Origin: Opitutia bacterium
Lineage (GTDB): Bacteria > Verrucomicrobiota > Verrucomicrobiia > Opitutales > UBA953
Direction of reading: 5' to 3'
Length of the DNA stretch: 36,461 bases
Assembly: GCA_037129735.1 (NCBI GenBank)
Contig: JBAXUJ010000001.1
Span: forward strand, 1-36,461
Shown here: positions 18,140 to 26,894 of the stretch, piece by piece
Layout of the letters: the number at the start of each line of letters is the position of its first letter
Position numbering within the stretch: position 1 is the stretch's first letter
Made by a program: the position numbers and the translations under genes
The notes under the pieces: model-generated
The model's database searches: none
What the model saw: only the letters and a program-made list of their open reading frames with translations
Told to the model about the DNA's origin: nothing

Positions 18140-19774
18140 ATGTTTTCTAATCGTTTTATTAAAAGCGGTAGCCGCTTTTTAGTTTCAGGGTTATTTTTAA
18201 CCTTATGTGATTTTGCCATATTCAAGCTTCTCGGTCACTGGGGTGTTTCGGCCTCCTTAGCCCGTATTGAGTCATTCGCTATTTCTTTTTTATTATCTTT
18301 TGTTTTGCATCAACGATGGACCTTCCAATCTGGTCAGTCTTGGACTAAGTCCTTCCTGCCGTATTTACAGTCCCGCATCGGTTCATTTTTATTAGCCCAA
18401 GTCGTGTTCATGCTTATGCATGATGGACTGGGTTTAACTGATAATCTTTCATTTGCGATTCAGTTACCCATTCAGCCTCTCGTAAATTTTCTCGCGGGCT
18501 ATTTTTATGTTTTTAAGGAACGCGAAAATGAAACTTCTATACCCGACAAGCGTTGGTGGCTCGAAGTAATTTTTGCCCCGATACTTCTGTTTATTGTCTT
18601 AGTTATTCCTTTTAGAAATAAACAGATGCAGCACCCCATCTGGGTTGTACCCTACACTTCGGGAGCTGCCAATTGGTCGATTGGGCAACCTTGGAAGGTG
18701 GCAATTGGTGATGATCAGATTTACAAAAGCAAATCCATTGGAGAGCGCTGGGTGGATGTGGCTCAGCCCGTCCAAGATGCCTCAAAGCTAATTGAGTTCT
18801 CTGCCCATGATGAAGGCTGGATGTGGGTCTTGTGGTTCACCCGAAAAATCTTTCCATTTCTTAGTGATTTAAGAGGTGTAGTTTTATTAGCCGCCATTTT
18901 GCACTTAGGTTTCTCTGCTTTAATTCTTAATCGGCTCAACCCTGGCTGGCAGAGGTATCTATTCACTTTTATATTTGTCTGTAATCCACTCACTCTGTAT
19001 TTATTATCTTTCCCTTATTACTATTATTGGCAGGCCTTTCCCTCACTTCTTGCCATTATAATTTGGCAGTATCGTGATAAAACAAATATTTGGTATCTAC
19101 CGGGAATAGCATTATTTTTGGCGCTCTGTGTCGCGGTTCGCCCTAACGTTATTTTCGTTTCTTTACTGGTTCTTGGCCTTGCTCTTTATTTTATTCGCCA
19201 TTGGTTCACTTACTTAAGTGTCTTAATCTTTGCCCTTTGTTTTTTATCGATACCTAAGGGGAATAAAATGTTTTGGCACACCGTTTATGCTGGGCTTGGG
19301 GCTTATCCTAATACGAATGGACTCTATTTATCAGACGAGTCCTCTTATGACTCATTTAAGAAAAAAACTGGAATAACCCTCGATGCTGCCTTGGGAGGAA
19401 ATTACTACAATTTACAGTTACGTGAAGAGTACAATCAGCACCTGAAAACAGAATCAATCGAATATATAAAGACTCATCCCGTTCAAAGTCTGAGAAACGT
19501 GATTCTTAATCTCAGCATCGGAATTTTTTCTCCCTATAAGCCCAACTCGCCTTCCTGGATTTATTATACCCAAGCGTTTCTTGGATTAATTTTCTTAGCA
19601 GGATTAATCTGGCTACGCCAATGGCCGGTTCTGATTGGGCTTAGTTTGTCTCTGGGGTGTATTGCATTAATTTACCCACCTATTGCTGCGTATGTCGTGG
19701 GTAGTTTAGTTTTTACTGGCTGGGGCTTAACCCAAGTTGTCTCACAGATCGTTAAACGATTTAAAAAAGTATAA
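18140..19774 (+). CDS. GtrA-like domain fused to a large polytopic (GT-C-like) membrane domain
   Basis: 544 aa. The first ~125 aa look like the GtrA family (4 TM; HQRWTF and YFYVFK motifs). The remaining ~420 aa have many TM helices and periplasmic loops. The gene lies directly 3' of the GtrB-like GT2. Confidence 0.6.
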   Translation: MFSNRFIKSGSRFLVSGLFLTLCDFAIFKLLGHWGVSASLARIESFAISFLLSFVLHQRWTFQSGQSWTKSFLPYLQSRIGSFLLAQVVFMLMHDGLGLTDNLSFAIQLPIQPLVNFLAGYFYVFKERENETSIPDKRWWLEVIFAPILLFIVLVIPFRNKQMQHPIWVVPYTSGAANWSIGQPWKVAIGDDQIYKSKSIGERWVDVAQPVQDASKLIEFSAHDEGWMWVLWFTRKIFPFLSDLRGVVLLAAILHLGFSALILNRLNPGWQRYLFTFIFVCNPLTLYLLSFPYYYYWQAFPSLLAIIIWQYRDKTNIWYLPGIALFLALCVAVRPNVIFVSLLVLGLALYFIRHWFTYLSVLIFALCFLSIPKGNKMFWHTVYAGLGAYPNTNGLYLSDESSYDSFKKKTGITLDAALGGNYYNLQLREEYNQHLKTESIEYIKTHPVQSLRNVILNLSIGIFSPYKPNSPSWIYYTQAFLGLIFLAGLIWLRQWPVLIGLSLSLGCIALIYPPIAAYVVGSLVFTGWGLTQVVSQIVKRFKKV

Positions 19775-19784
19775 CCCTCATTTT

Positions 19785-20948
19785 ATGAAAAAAACTGTCG
19801 CAATTATTGCTGGCACTCGTCCTGAGTGTGTAAAAATGGCTCCGATTTATTTTGCACTCCAAGAGTCCAAAATCATTCAGCCTATTTTTCTCTCTACGGG
19901 TCAACACCGCCAGATGTTGGATCAAACCTTAGGGGTCTTTGGTATTAAGCCCGAGTACGATTTAAATCTCATGCAACCTGGCCAAACTTTGCCTGATTTG
20001 ACAGGTCGCGTCATCCAAGCCGCTTCCGCTTGGTTTGTGGAACATAAACCTGCCGCCGTTCTAGTGCAGGGTGACACCACCACGGTTTTAGCTTCGGCCA
20101 TTGCTGCCTTTTATAATCGTATTCCGATTGGTCACGTCGAGGCGGGACTTCGTACGGGCAATATGGATTCACCTTTCCCAGAAGAAATGAACCGCCGCCT
20201 GACTTCTCCCCTAGCGCGTTGGAATTTCTGTCCTACGGAAATTTCCAAAGCGAATTTAGTTAGAGAGGGAATTAATCCAGCAAGCTGCTATGTTACTGGT
20301 AACTCAGTGATCGATGCTTTGCTTCACGTAAGAAAAAATCAAAGCAGTCGGGGACTATCAGCTCAATCGGTCGCCGAAAAAGTAGGAATTCCACCCGCCT
20401 TTGCCCAAGAGTTTTTAGCCGACGGCGCTCGTAAGCCCTGGATTTTAGTTACTGGTCATCGTCGCGAATCTTTCGGCGGAGGTTTTGAGCGCATTTGTGA
20501 ATCTATTAATCGCCTTACGCAAATTCACCCCGACGTCGGAGTGCTTTATCCTGTGCACTTAAACCCACAGGTTCAAGGGCCGGTTAATCGTATTTTAGGA
20601 TCCAATCCACGCATCGCGCTAGTTGCTCCCGCTGCCTACGAAGAATTTGTATGGTTGATGAATCGTTGCACCTTCCTGCTCAGTGATTCGGGTGGCGTGC
20701 AAGAGGAGGCACCTTCATTAGGTAAGCCCGTATTGGTGATGCGCGATACCACCGAGCGTCCCGAGGGCGTTGACGCTGGTACTTGTCGTCTCGTTGGTAC
20801 CGACCCCGAAGTGATTTTACGCGAAGCGGATTTGCTTTTAAATAATCCTGGAGAATATCAACGCCGCTCGAGCTTAAAAAATCCTTATGGCGATGGACAG
20901 ACCTCGCATAAAATCCGACAGATTCTCGAAGCTGGTTTGATTCAATAA
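19785..20948 (+). CDS. wecB: UDP-N-acetylglucosamine 2-epimerase (non-hydrolysing)
   Basis: The track starts at 19737 inside the upstream gene, and ATG 19785 (MKKTVAIIAGTRPE) fits the family N-terminus. QGDTTTVLASAIAAFYNRIPIGHVEAGLRTGN..PFPEEMNRRLTS and SDSGGVQEEAPSLGKPVLVMRDTTERPE are present. Confidence 0.93.
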   Translation: MKKTVAIIAGTRPECVKMAPIYFALQESKIIQPIFLSTGQHRQMLDQTLGVFGIKPEYDLNLMQPGQTLPDLTGRVIQAASAWFVEHKPAAVLVQGDTTTVLASAIAAFYNRIPIGHVEAGLRTGNMDSPFPEEMNRRLTSPLARWNFCPTEISKANLVREGINPASCYVTGNSVIDALLHVRKNQSSRGLSAQSVAEKVGIPPAFAQEFLADGARKPWILVTGHRRESFGGGFERICESINRLTQIHPDVGVLYPVHLNPQVQGPVNRILGSNPRIALVAPAAYEEFVWLMNRCTFLLSDSGGVQEEAPSLGKPVLVMRDTTERPEGVDAGTCRLVGTDPEVILREADLLLNNPGEYQRRSSLKNPYGDGQTSHKIRQILEAGLIQ

Positions 20949-20955
20949 ATCTTAA

Positions 20956-22176
20956 GTGCGGATCCTGTATTTTCATCAACACTTCACCACTCCTAAGGGG
21001 TCGGGTGGCACGCGATCGTATGAGTTTGCCCAAGCTCTTATTAAACGTGGGCATCAAGTGACGATGGTCTGTGGTCAAATGGATCGCGATTCACTCAATT
21101 TACCGTTTGATGAAAAGAGGGGATGGTCGCGTGGGTTGATTGATGGCATTGATGTCATTGCCTTGCCCTTGCGCTATTCCAATCACGATGGGGTAGGCCG
21201 ACGCTTAATCACCTTTTTTAAATATGCGCTCAAGAGTATTAAAATCGCCCTCGATTTTGAATATGATGTAGTCTTTGCAACTTCGACACCCCTCACCGCT
21301 GCGTTGCCAGGAATTTTTGCTAGTTGGTTAAAAGGAAAGAAATTTATTTTCGAAGTTAGAGATTTATGGCCGGAACTGCCTCGTGCCATGGGAATGAAAA
21401 ATCCTATCCTTCTAGGCGGCATGTGGATTATTGAGGGCTGTGCTTATCGAGCATCTTCCGCTTGCGTTGGGTTATCACCAGGAATTGTACAGGGCATCCG
21501 TCATCGTTCCGCAAAAAATCATCCCATCGCTTTAATTCCCAATGGATGCGATCTCGAAATTTTTAAACCTCAGCCTAAGTCTAAAATAAAAATTGAGGGC
21601 ATTAAGGAGGGTGACTTTGTGGCGGGTTTTACCGGAGCTCATGGTAAAGCCAACGGGCTTGACGCCATTATTGAAGCGGCCCGAGAACTTAAAAAAAGAA
21701 ATATAAATCACATAAAGTTTCTCTTAATCGGTGATGGATCTGAAAAAGCACGTCTGCAGAAAGTGGCTACCAGCGAACAGCTCGATTGCATTATTTTCCA
21801 TCCCCCCATTTCAAAGCTAGCGCTCGCGCAAATTACGGCCCAGTTGGATTGTGGGCTAATGTTCCTAGATAATATACCTGCTTTTTATTACGGAACATCC
21901 CCTAATAAGTTCTTCGATTATATCTCAGCCGGTATACCTGTGATTAATAATTACCCCGGGTGGTTGGCTGAAATGATTACACAAAATCAGTGTGGAGTCG
22001 CGGTTCCGCCTAAAGACACGCACGCCCTGGTAAATTCTTTAATAAGGTTGTGTGATAGTCCGGACCAGTGTACTCAGATGGGGCAGTCCAGTCGTCAATT
22101 AGCCCAAGAAAATTTTTCACGATCACTTCTAGCTAACCAATTCTGCGAGTTCATAGACCAACAAGTCACCTCATAA
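20956..22176 (+). CDS. Glycosyltransferase family 4, WbuB-like
   Basis: The GTG start gives MRILYFHQHFTTPKGSGGTRSYEFAQALIKRGHQVTMV, the characteristic WbuB-type N-terminus. The C-terminal SPNKFFDYISAGIPVI is also present. Confidence 0.8.
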   Translation: MRILYFHQHFTTPKGSGGTRSYEFAQALIKRGHQVTMVCGQMDRDSLNLPFDEKRGWSRGLIDGIDVIALPLRYSNHDGVGRRLITFFKYALKSIKIALDFEYDVVFATSTPLTAALPGIFASWLKGKKFIFEVRDLWPELPRAMGMKNPILLGGMWIIEGCAYRASSACVGLSPGIVQGIRHRSAKNHPIALIPNGCDLEIFKPQPKSKIKIEGIKEGDFVAGFTGAHGKANGLDAIIEAARELKKRNINHIKFLLIGDGSEKARLQKVATSEQLDCIIFHPPISKLALAQITAQLDCGLMFLDNIPAFYYGTSPNKFFDYISAGIPVINNYPGWLAEMITQNQCGVAVPPKDTHALVNSLIRLCDSPDQCTQMGQSSRQLAQENFSRSLLANQFCEFIDQQVTS

Positions 22177-23189
22177 TGAGTTATTTACTAGAGCAAGTTT
22201 ACTTCATTTCAGATTCTGTACAATGGACTGAACTCCTAAAGTTTTTTGGGTATTCGGATATTTATCATACCTTTGAATATTCTAGTTTAGAGGCCGAGAG
22301 AATAGGTGGTATCGCTAACCTGATTATTATTAACTTACCTACTGGTATTATTGGATTGCCTGTTATTTTCAGAAAAGTCCCCAACGAAAGTCGATATATC
22401 GACGCCATATCCGTTTACGGATACAGCGGGGTTTTAACCTCTACGTCGCTCACTTCAGAGGATTTTTTATCTGGAATGAAAAAAATAAAAGCTGCGTTAG
22501 TTGAGCGAGACTGTGTCAGCCTTTTTAACCGAGAGTCTAATTTTACCCCCTATCGACTAACTGAATCTACAGAAGCAGGAAAAGTTTTAGCAGTAGATTT
22601 GATGCAAGATCCTGAACAATATGAAAAATCTCTAGCCGAGGGCCATCGTCAAGAAATCAAGGCTCTGCGTAAGTTGAACTACACTGTAGTCAAATCTGCC
22701 GAACCCAAAATCGTTGAGGATTTTCACGAAGTCTATGAACAGACTATGCTCCGACGTGGGGCCAAGATTAACTATTTTTTTAACGCAGTTTATTTTAATT
22801 CAGTATTAAAAATTCACTCGAGTATTCCAGACTTACGGGCGGTTTATCATGAAGGTAAAATGGCCGCTGGAGCAATTTTTATTACCCAAGGTGATCACAT
22901 GTATTATATGTTTTCGGGTACTGTTTTGGGTATTTCACGTTACCCGGCGATGAAACTAATTTTAGATCAGGTGATTCGCGAAAATTTAAATAATGGCAAA
23001 AAGCTACTTCATCTAGGGGGTGGTCTAGGTGGCAAACAAGATTCCTTATATCAATTTAAATTTGGTTTCGGAAAAGTAGTTTTGCCATTTTACACGACGC
23101 AATGGATTTTAATGCCGGAGGTGTATAATCGCCTGAGTGCTCATGTCTTAACGGACACCAGCTTCTTTCCTAGGTACCGTAGCGCTTAA
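22176..23189 (+). CDS. FemAB/GNAT-fold (BioF2-like) acyl- or aminoacyl-transferase
   Basis: 337 aa. The general layout and the C-terminal LHLGGGLGGKQDSLYQFKFGFG resemble FemAB-related proteins found in EPS and PEP-CTERM loci. TAATG overlap with the upstream GT4. Confidence 0.5.
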   Translation: MSYLLEQVYFISDSVQWTELLKFFGYSDIYHTFEYSSLEAERIGGIANLIIINLPTGIIGLPVIFRKVPNESRYIDAISVYGYSGVLTSTSLTSEDFLSGMKKIKAALVERDCVSLFNRESNFTPYRLTESTEAGKVLAVDLMQDPEQYEKSLAEGHRQEIKALRKLNYTVVKSAEPKIVEDFHEVYEQTMLRRGAKINYFFNAVYFNSVLKIHSSIPDLRAVYHEGKMAAGAIFITQGDHMYYMFSGTVLGISRYPAMKLILDQVIRENLNNGKKLLHLGGGLGGKQDSLYQFKFGFGKVVLPFYTTQWILMPEVYNRLSAHVLTDTSFFPRYRSA

Positions 23190-23235
23190 GGTCTAAAATA
23201 GACAGGCCAGGCTTTCGGTAACGCTCATTTAATTA

Positions 23236-23541
23236 ATGATTACACGTTCACAAATTTTAGTTCTTATACTCAATCGCCTAAAGTCCTTGGGCGTTGAGTT
23301 GCAGAAGCCTGCGTTGATTGCGGCAACTGAACAAACTCGACTCTTTGGCGACAAGGCCGATCTCGATAGTATGGGATTAGTGACTTTAATTGCGGACCTT
23401 GAATATGACCTCCAACAAAACCTAGGACGCACCGTTTCTCTGGTAGACGAAAAAGCCATGAGTCGACTCACTTCACCGTTTCGCCGTGTCGATTATTTGG
23501 CGGATTATTTAGTAGAACTACTCAACGAGCCCAAATCTTAA
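23236..23541 (+). CDS. Acyl/peptidyl carrier protein (ACP-like)
   Basis: 101 aa. DLDSMGLVTLIADLE has the phosphopantetheine Ser motif (Ser45, nt 23368-23370), followed by an amphipathic helix. Confidence 0.65.
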   Translation: MITRSQILVLILNRLKSLGVELQKPALIAATEQTRLFGDKADLDSMGLVTLIADLEYDLQQNLGRTVSLVDEKAMSRLTSPFRRVDYLADYLVELLNEPKS

Positions 23542-23542
23542 A

Positions 23543-24235
23543 ATGCCTAATGCTATTATTACAGGAACTTCGCGCGGGCTCGGCCGTGCCCTAGCAGAAA
23601 AACTACTGAATGAGGGCTGGAAGGTTTGGGGATTTTCTCGGAGTCCATCGCCCATTAAACATGAACATTACTGCGAGCATTTAATCGACATTACCGATGA
23701 AGCCGCGGTGCAAAATGCTATTAGTCAGATCAGTCAAAGTTCATCAGATATTGATCTATTAGTGAATAATGCCGGTGCTGCCTCCATGAACGCTTTTTTA
23801 CTTACTCCTGCTAGAACTGCGGAAGCCTTGATGCGTCTCAATTATTTAGGGACCTTTCATTGTCTGCAGGCGGCGGGTAAGTTGATGGTTCGTCAACGTC
23901 ATGGTTTGGTTATTAATATTACAACGGTGGCGGTGCCCCTGGTGCTTGCAGGCGAAGCAGCTTATGCGGCGAGCAAAGCAGCGGTAGATTCGCTGACCAA
24001 AGTCACCGCCGAAGAATTTAAGTCACATGGCATCACGGTGATTGGTTTAGGGTTTGGACCGATGGACACGGATTTAATCAAAGCAGTGAATAAAGAAAAA
24101 ATTAACCAAATTAATCAGCGTATTAATCGCCCTGAGGGTACCACGTTAAACCAAGCGGTAGATTTTATTTTCGAACACCTAGACAAAAAATCCATCACCT
24201 CGGGCGATTTATATTATTTAGGCACAATTCCGTAG
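23543..24235 (+). CDS. Short-chain dehydrogenase/reductase (3-oxoacyl-ACP reductase-like)
   Basis: 230 aa. ITGTSRGLGRALA (TGxxxGxG), NNAG, YAASKAA (YxxxK). Starts 1 nt after the ACP stop. Confidence 0.85.
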   Translation: MPNAIITGTSRGLGRALAEKLLNEGWKVWGFSRSPSPIKHEHYCEHLIDITDEAAVQNAISQISQSSSDIDLLVNNAGAASMNAFLLTPARTAEALMRLNYLGTFHCLQAAGKLMVRQRHGLVINITTVAVPLVLAGEAAYAASKAAVDSLTKVTAEEFKSHGITVIGLGFGPMDTDLIKAVNKEKINQINQRINRPEGTTLNQAVDFIFEHLDKKSITSGDLYYLGTIP

Positions 24236-25579
24236 ATGAATTTTTGGTTACACGAGCGATTCAAAAAATTTAATACTAAGCCAGCCCTAGTCGGTACTTG
24301 GGGTGAGTTTTCGTATGCCGACTTGGCAAACTTAACCGAAAAAATCGAAAGTGAGTTTAAGGGCTTAGCTGGATCTGCACCGACAACGATTGGTTTAGTG
24401 GGGGACTGGTGTCCCGCTAGCGTTGCTTGGTTGGTCGCCTCCGAGCGTTTACAACACTGGGTTGTGCCGATGACAGATCACGCACAGGAGACCGCGGAAA
24501 AACTTAATCAAATTCATGCCCAGTGGGTGGTCATTACTGAGGGAGCAACTTGGAAAATTTATCCACGCGCAGCTGTCGGTAAATTAGAATTAGATAACGC
24601 CCAATCACTTCCGACATCACACGCAGGCTTAATTTTATTTTCTAGTGGTACGAGTGGTAGTCCGAAAGCGATGCTTCAGGATTTGAGTAACTTACTCAGT
24701 ACTTACGAGTCTCGGCATGAAAATTCCTTAATCATTTTGAGTTTACTCGGTTTTGATCATATCGGTGGTATTAACACATTGTTAGGAGGATTGGCCGCGG
24801 GTTCCCTCATGGTGATTCCCGAAAGTCGAGCCCCCGATCAAGTAGCAGCTATCATCAAAAAATATCACGTAGCGATTCTTCCCGCGACCCCCACTTTCCT
24901 GAATCTACTTTTACTGGCCGCCGCCGACCGCTTAACGGATTTAGCTTCACTCCGTTTAATTACTTATGGAACTGAACCGATGCCTGAGGCCTTGTTGGCT
25001 CGTCTACGTCAGGTGCTTCCCTCGGTTCGTTTAATTCAAACTTTTGGTACGACGGAAACAGGAATTTTAAAAACCGAGAGTCCCGACGGCGATTCCAATT
25101 TTTTAAAAATTAATGATCCCAATGTTGAGTGGAAAATAGTGAATGAAGAGTTGTGGCTAAAAACCCGTACACAGATTCGAGGATATTTAAATGCATCAAA
25201 CGAAAAATTCACAGACGATGGCTGGTTCATGACGGGCGATAAAGTGGAGGTTGGACCTAATAACACTCTACGAATTTTAGGACGCTCCGGTGAGATGATC
25301 AATGTCGGTGGACAAAAGTTAATGCCTACTGAAGTTGAGTCGGTCATCTTAAGTGTGCCAGGCGTAGTTGACTGCAGAGTCTTTGGAGAAAAAAATGCGA
25401 TGGTTGGTCAAACGGTCGCCGTTGATATTGTTGCTAGTGCCGGACAGAATTGGGAAACGTTACGCGCTTTAATCAGACAAACCTGTCGCCAAGCCCTATC
25501 CACCTACAAAGTGCCTACGCGATTGAACTTAGTGAGTGCGATTTCTACAAACCGCCTTAAAAAACAGAGAACGAGTTAA
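24236..25579 (+). CDS. AMP-dependent synthetase/ligase (adenylate-forming; acyl- or aminoacyl-carrier-protein ligase)
   Basis: 447 aa. LILFSSGTSGSPKAM (AMP-binding core), YGTEPMP, GWFMTGD, GRSGEMINVGGQKLMPTEVE. It is shorter than typical acyl-CoA synthetases. The start abuts the upstream stop. Confidence 0.85.
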   Translation: MNFWLHERFKKFNTKPALVGTWGEFSYADLANLTEKIESEFKGLAGSAPTTIGLVGDWCPASVAWLVASERLQHWVVPMTDHAQETAEKLNQIHAQWVVITEGATWKIYPRAAVGKLELDNAQSLPTSHAGLILFSSGTSGSPKAMLQDLSNLLSTYESRHENSLIILSLLGFDHIGGINTLLGGLAAGSLMVIPESRAPDQVAAIIKKYHVAILPATPTFLNLLLLAAADRLTDLASLRLITYGTEPMPEALLARLRQVLPSVRLIQTFGTTETGILKTESPDGDSNFLKINDPNVEWKIVNEELWLKTRTQIRGYLNASNEKFTDDGWFMTGDKVEVGPNNTLRILGRSGEMINVGGQKLMPTEVESVILSVPGVVDCRVFGEKNAMVGQTVAVDIVASAGQNWETLRALIRQTCRQALSTYKVPTRLNLVSAISTNRLKKQRTS

Positions 25580-25593
25580 AAGCCCGCAGCTCT

Positions 25594-26667
25594 ATGCAAA
25601 TAACACTCTCACATTTTCGTCTAGCTGGTTTGGCCGTTTCTACGGGGGCCGACAACCGAGACTATATAAAAGACGGACTGGCTCATGGCATCAGCCTCGC
25701 TCATTTAGAACGTGTCGCTAAAACAATCGGGCTAAAAGAACGCAAAGTAGCGTCAGCAGGTGTGACGGCGTTGGATTTATGTGAAGATGCTAGTCGTCGA
25801 CTTTTGGCTGCGATGGATATCGATGTCTCCACAATTGATGCCATTATTTTCGTCACCCAAACTCCTGATCATTCTCAGCCTAACAACGCATGTCTTTTGC
25901 ATGGTCGCTTGGGTTTAGCTAAATCTTCCATCGCTTTTGATTTATCGTTGGGTTGTTCGGGTTGGGTTTATGGACTTCATCAAGCGGGTTTACTTTGCGC
26001 CCATGGCGGGGCAGGGCGCGTTTTACTCTGTAGTGGTGATACCTTAAGTCGGTTAACTCATCCACAGGACCAGTCCATGAACCCTCTATTTGGTGATGCA
26101 GGCTCGGCCGCGATTGTAGAGCGTACAGGCTCTCACACTCCTTGGTATTTTGTTTTGGGGTCCGATGGAAAACTCTCCGCGACGATTAAAGTACCTGCAG
26201 GGGGCGCACGCTTACCGACTTCATCAGAAACTCGTGTAGAAAGTAAAGGCTCTAACGGTAATATTCACCACGCTGAAAATCTAATGATGGACGGCGCCGA
26301 GGTTTTTAATTTTTCACTTCGTGAAGTTCCCGCTGCTATCAATACAGTTATTAAAAACGCTCAGTGGAGTTTAACCGAGGTCGATGCATTGGTCTTACAC
26401 CAGGCTAATAAATTTATTATCGAAAATATTGCGACTAAGTGTGGATTAAAAGCTACTCACGTTCCGTCGAACTTAGTAGAGAAATACGGCAACCAAAGCT
26501 CGGCCTCTATTCCAGCCGCATTGATTGAGGGCCTAGGGGAGAAACTCGCTAACCGTTCGCAGAAAATTGTGGGCTGTGGATTTGGGGTAGGCTTGTCTTG
26601 GGCAGCTTTTGCCTCTGAGATCGGGCCAGTCATAACGTGTCCTATTCAGCCCTATCCTTTAAAATAA
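25594..26667 (+). CDS. 3-oxoacyl-ACP synthase III (FabH/KAS III family)
   Basis: 357 aa. Cys-His-Asn triad contexts: SLGCSGWVYGL, VLHQANKFIIENI, GNQSSASIP. Confidence 0.85.
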   Translation: MQITLSHFRLAGLAVSTGADNRDYIKDGLAHGISLAHLERVAKTIGLKERKVASAGVTALDLCEDASRRLLAAMDIDVSTIDAIIFVTQTPDHSQPNNACLLHGRLGLAKSSIAFDLSLGCSGWVYGLHQAGLLCAHGGAGRVLLCSGDTLSRLTHPQDQSMNPLFGDAGSAAIVERTGSHTPWYFVLGSDGKLSATIKVPAGGARLPTSSETRVESKGSNGNIHHAENLMMDGAEVFNFSLREVPAAINTVIKNAQWSLTEVDALVLHQANKFIIENIATKCGLKATHVPSNLVEKYGNQSSASIPAALIEGLGEKLANRSQKIVGCGFGVGLSWAAFASEIGPVITCPIQPYPLK

Positions 26668-26894
26668 TGTCGTTAACTTTCGAATCCCATCTTCAAGCAC
26701 TTCAAAAAGAAGTCGATGTACTTGTGGGAGTGTCACCCGATGCTCCCTTAAGCGGTCTGCCACAATGGGACTCACTGGCAATTTTATTAGTGATTTCTCA
26801 TTTTGAGTCTACTTACAAAATGAGTGTGACCGGAAAAGAAATTCGTCAGTGTAAAACCATTCGAGAACTTATTAAACTTATCCCTCAATCATGA
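26667..26894 (+). CDS. Second acyl carrier protein-like protein
   Basis: The track starts at 26637 inside the KAS III gene. ATG 26667 (TAATG overlap) gives a 75-aa protein with LPQWDSLAILLVISHFE (Ser36, nt 26772-26774). Confidence 0.6.
   Translation: MSLTFESHLQALQKEVDVLVGVSPDAPLSGLPQWDSLAILLVISHFESTYKMSVTGKEIRQCKTIRELIKLIPQS

Noticed and set aside
19785-20948. The WecB-like gene acting as the hydrolysing NeuC epimerase that feeds the NeuB-like synthase.
   Set aside because: The sequence carries the non-hydrolysing signature (GDTTT..., HVEAGLRTGN, PFPEEMNRR), and the gene lies 12 kb from the synthase.
20680-21078. 132-aa minus-strand ORF spanning the wecB/GT4 junction. Similar antisense ORFs occur at 3513..3875, 15000..15317, 25036..25347, 11579..11878, 4605..4874 and elsewhere.
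   Set aside because: All lie fully inside or antisense to long ORFs that have strong family signatures. They have no recognisable motifs and have low-complexity, Arg/Ser-rich composition typical of shadow frames.
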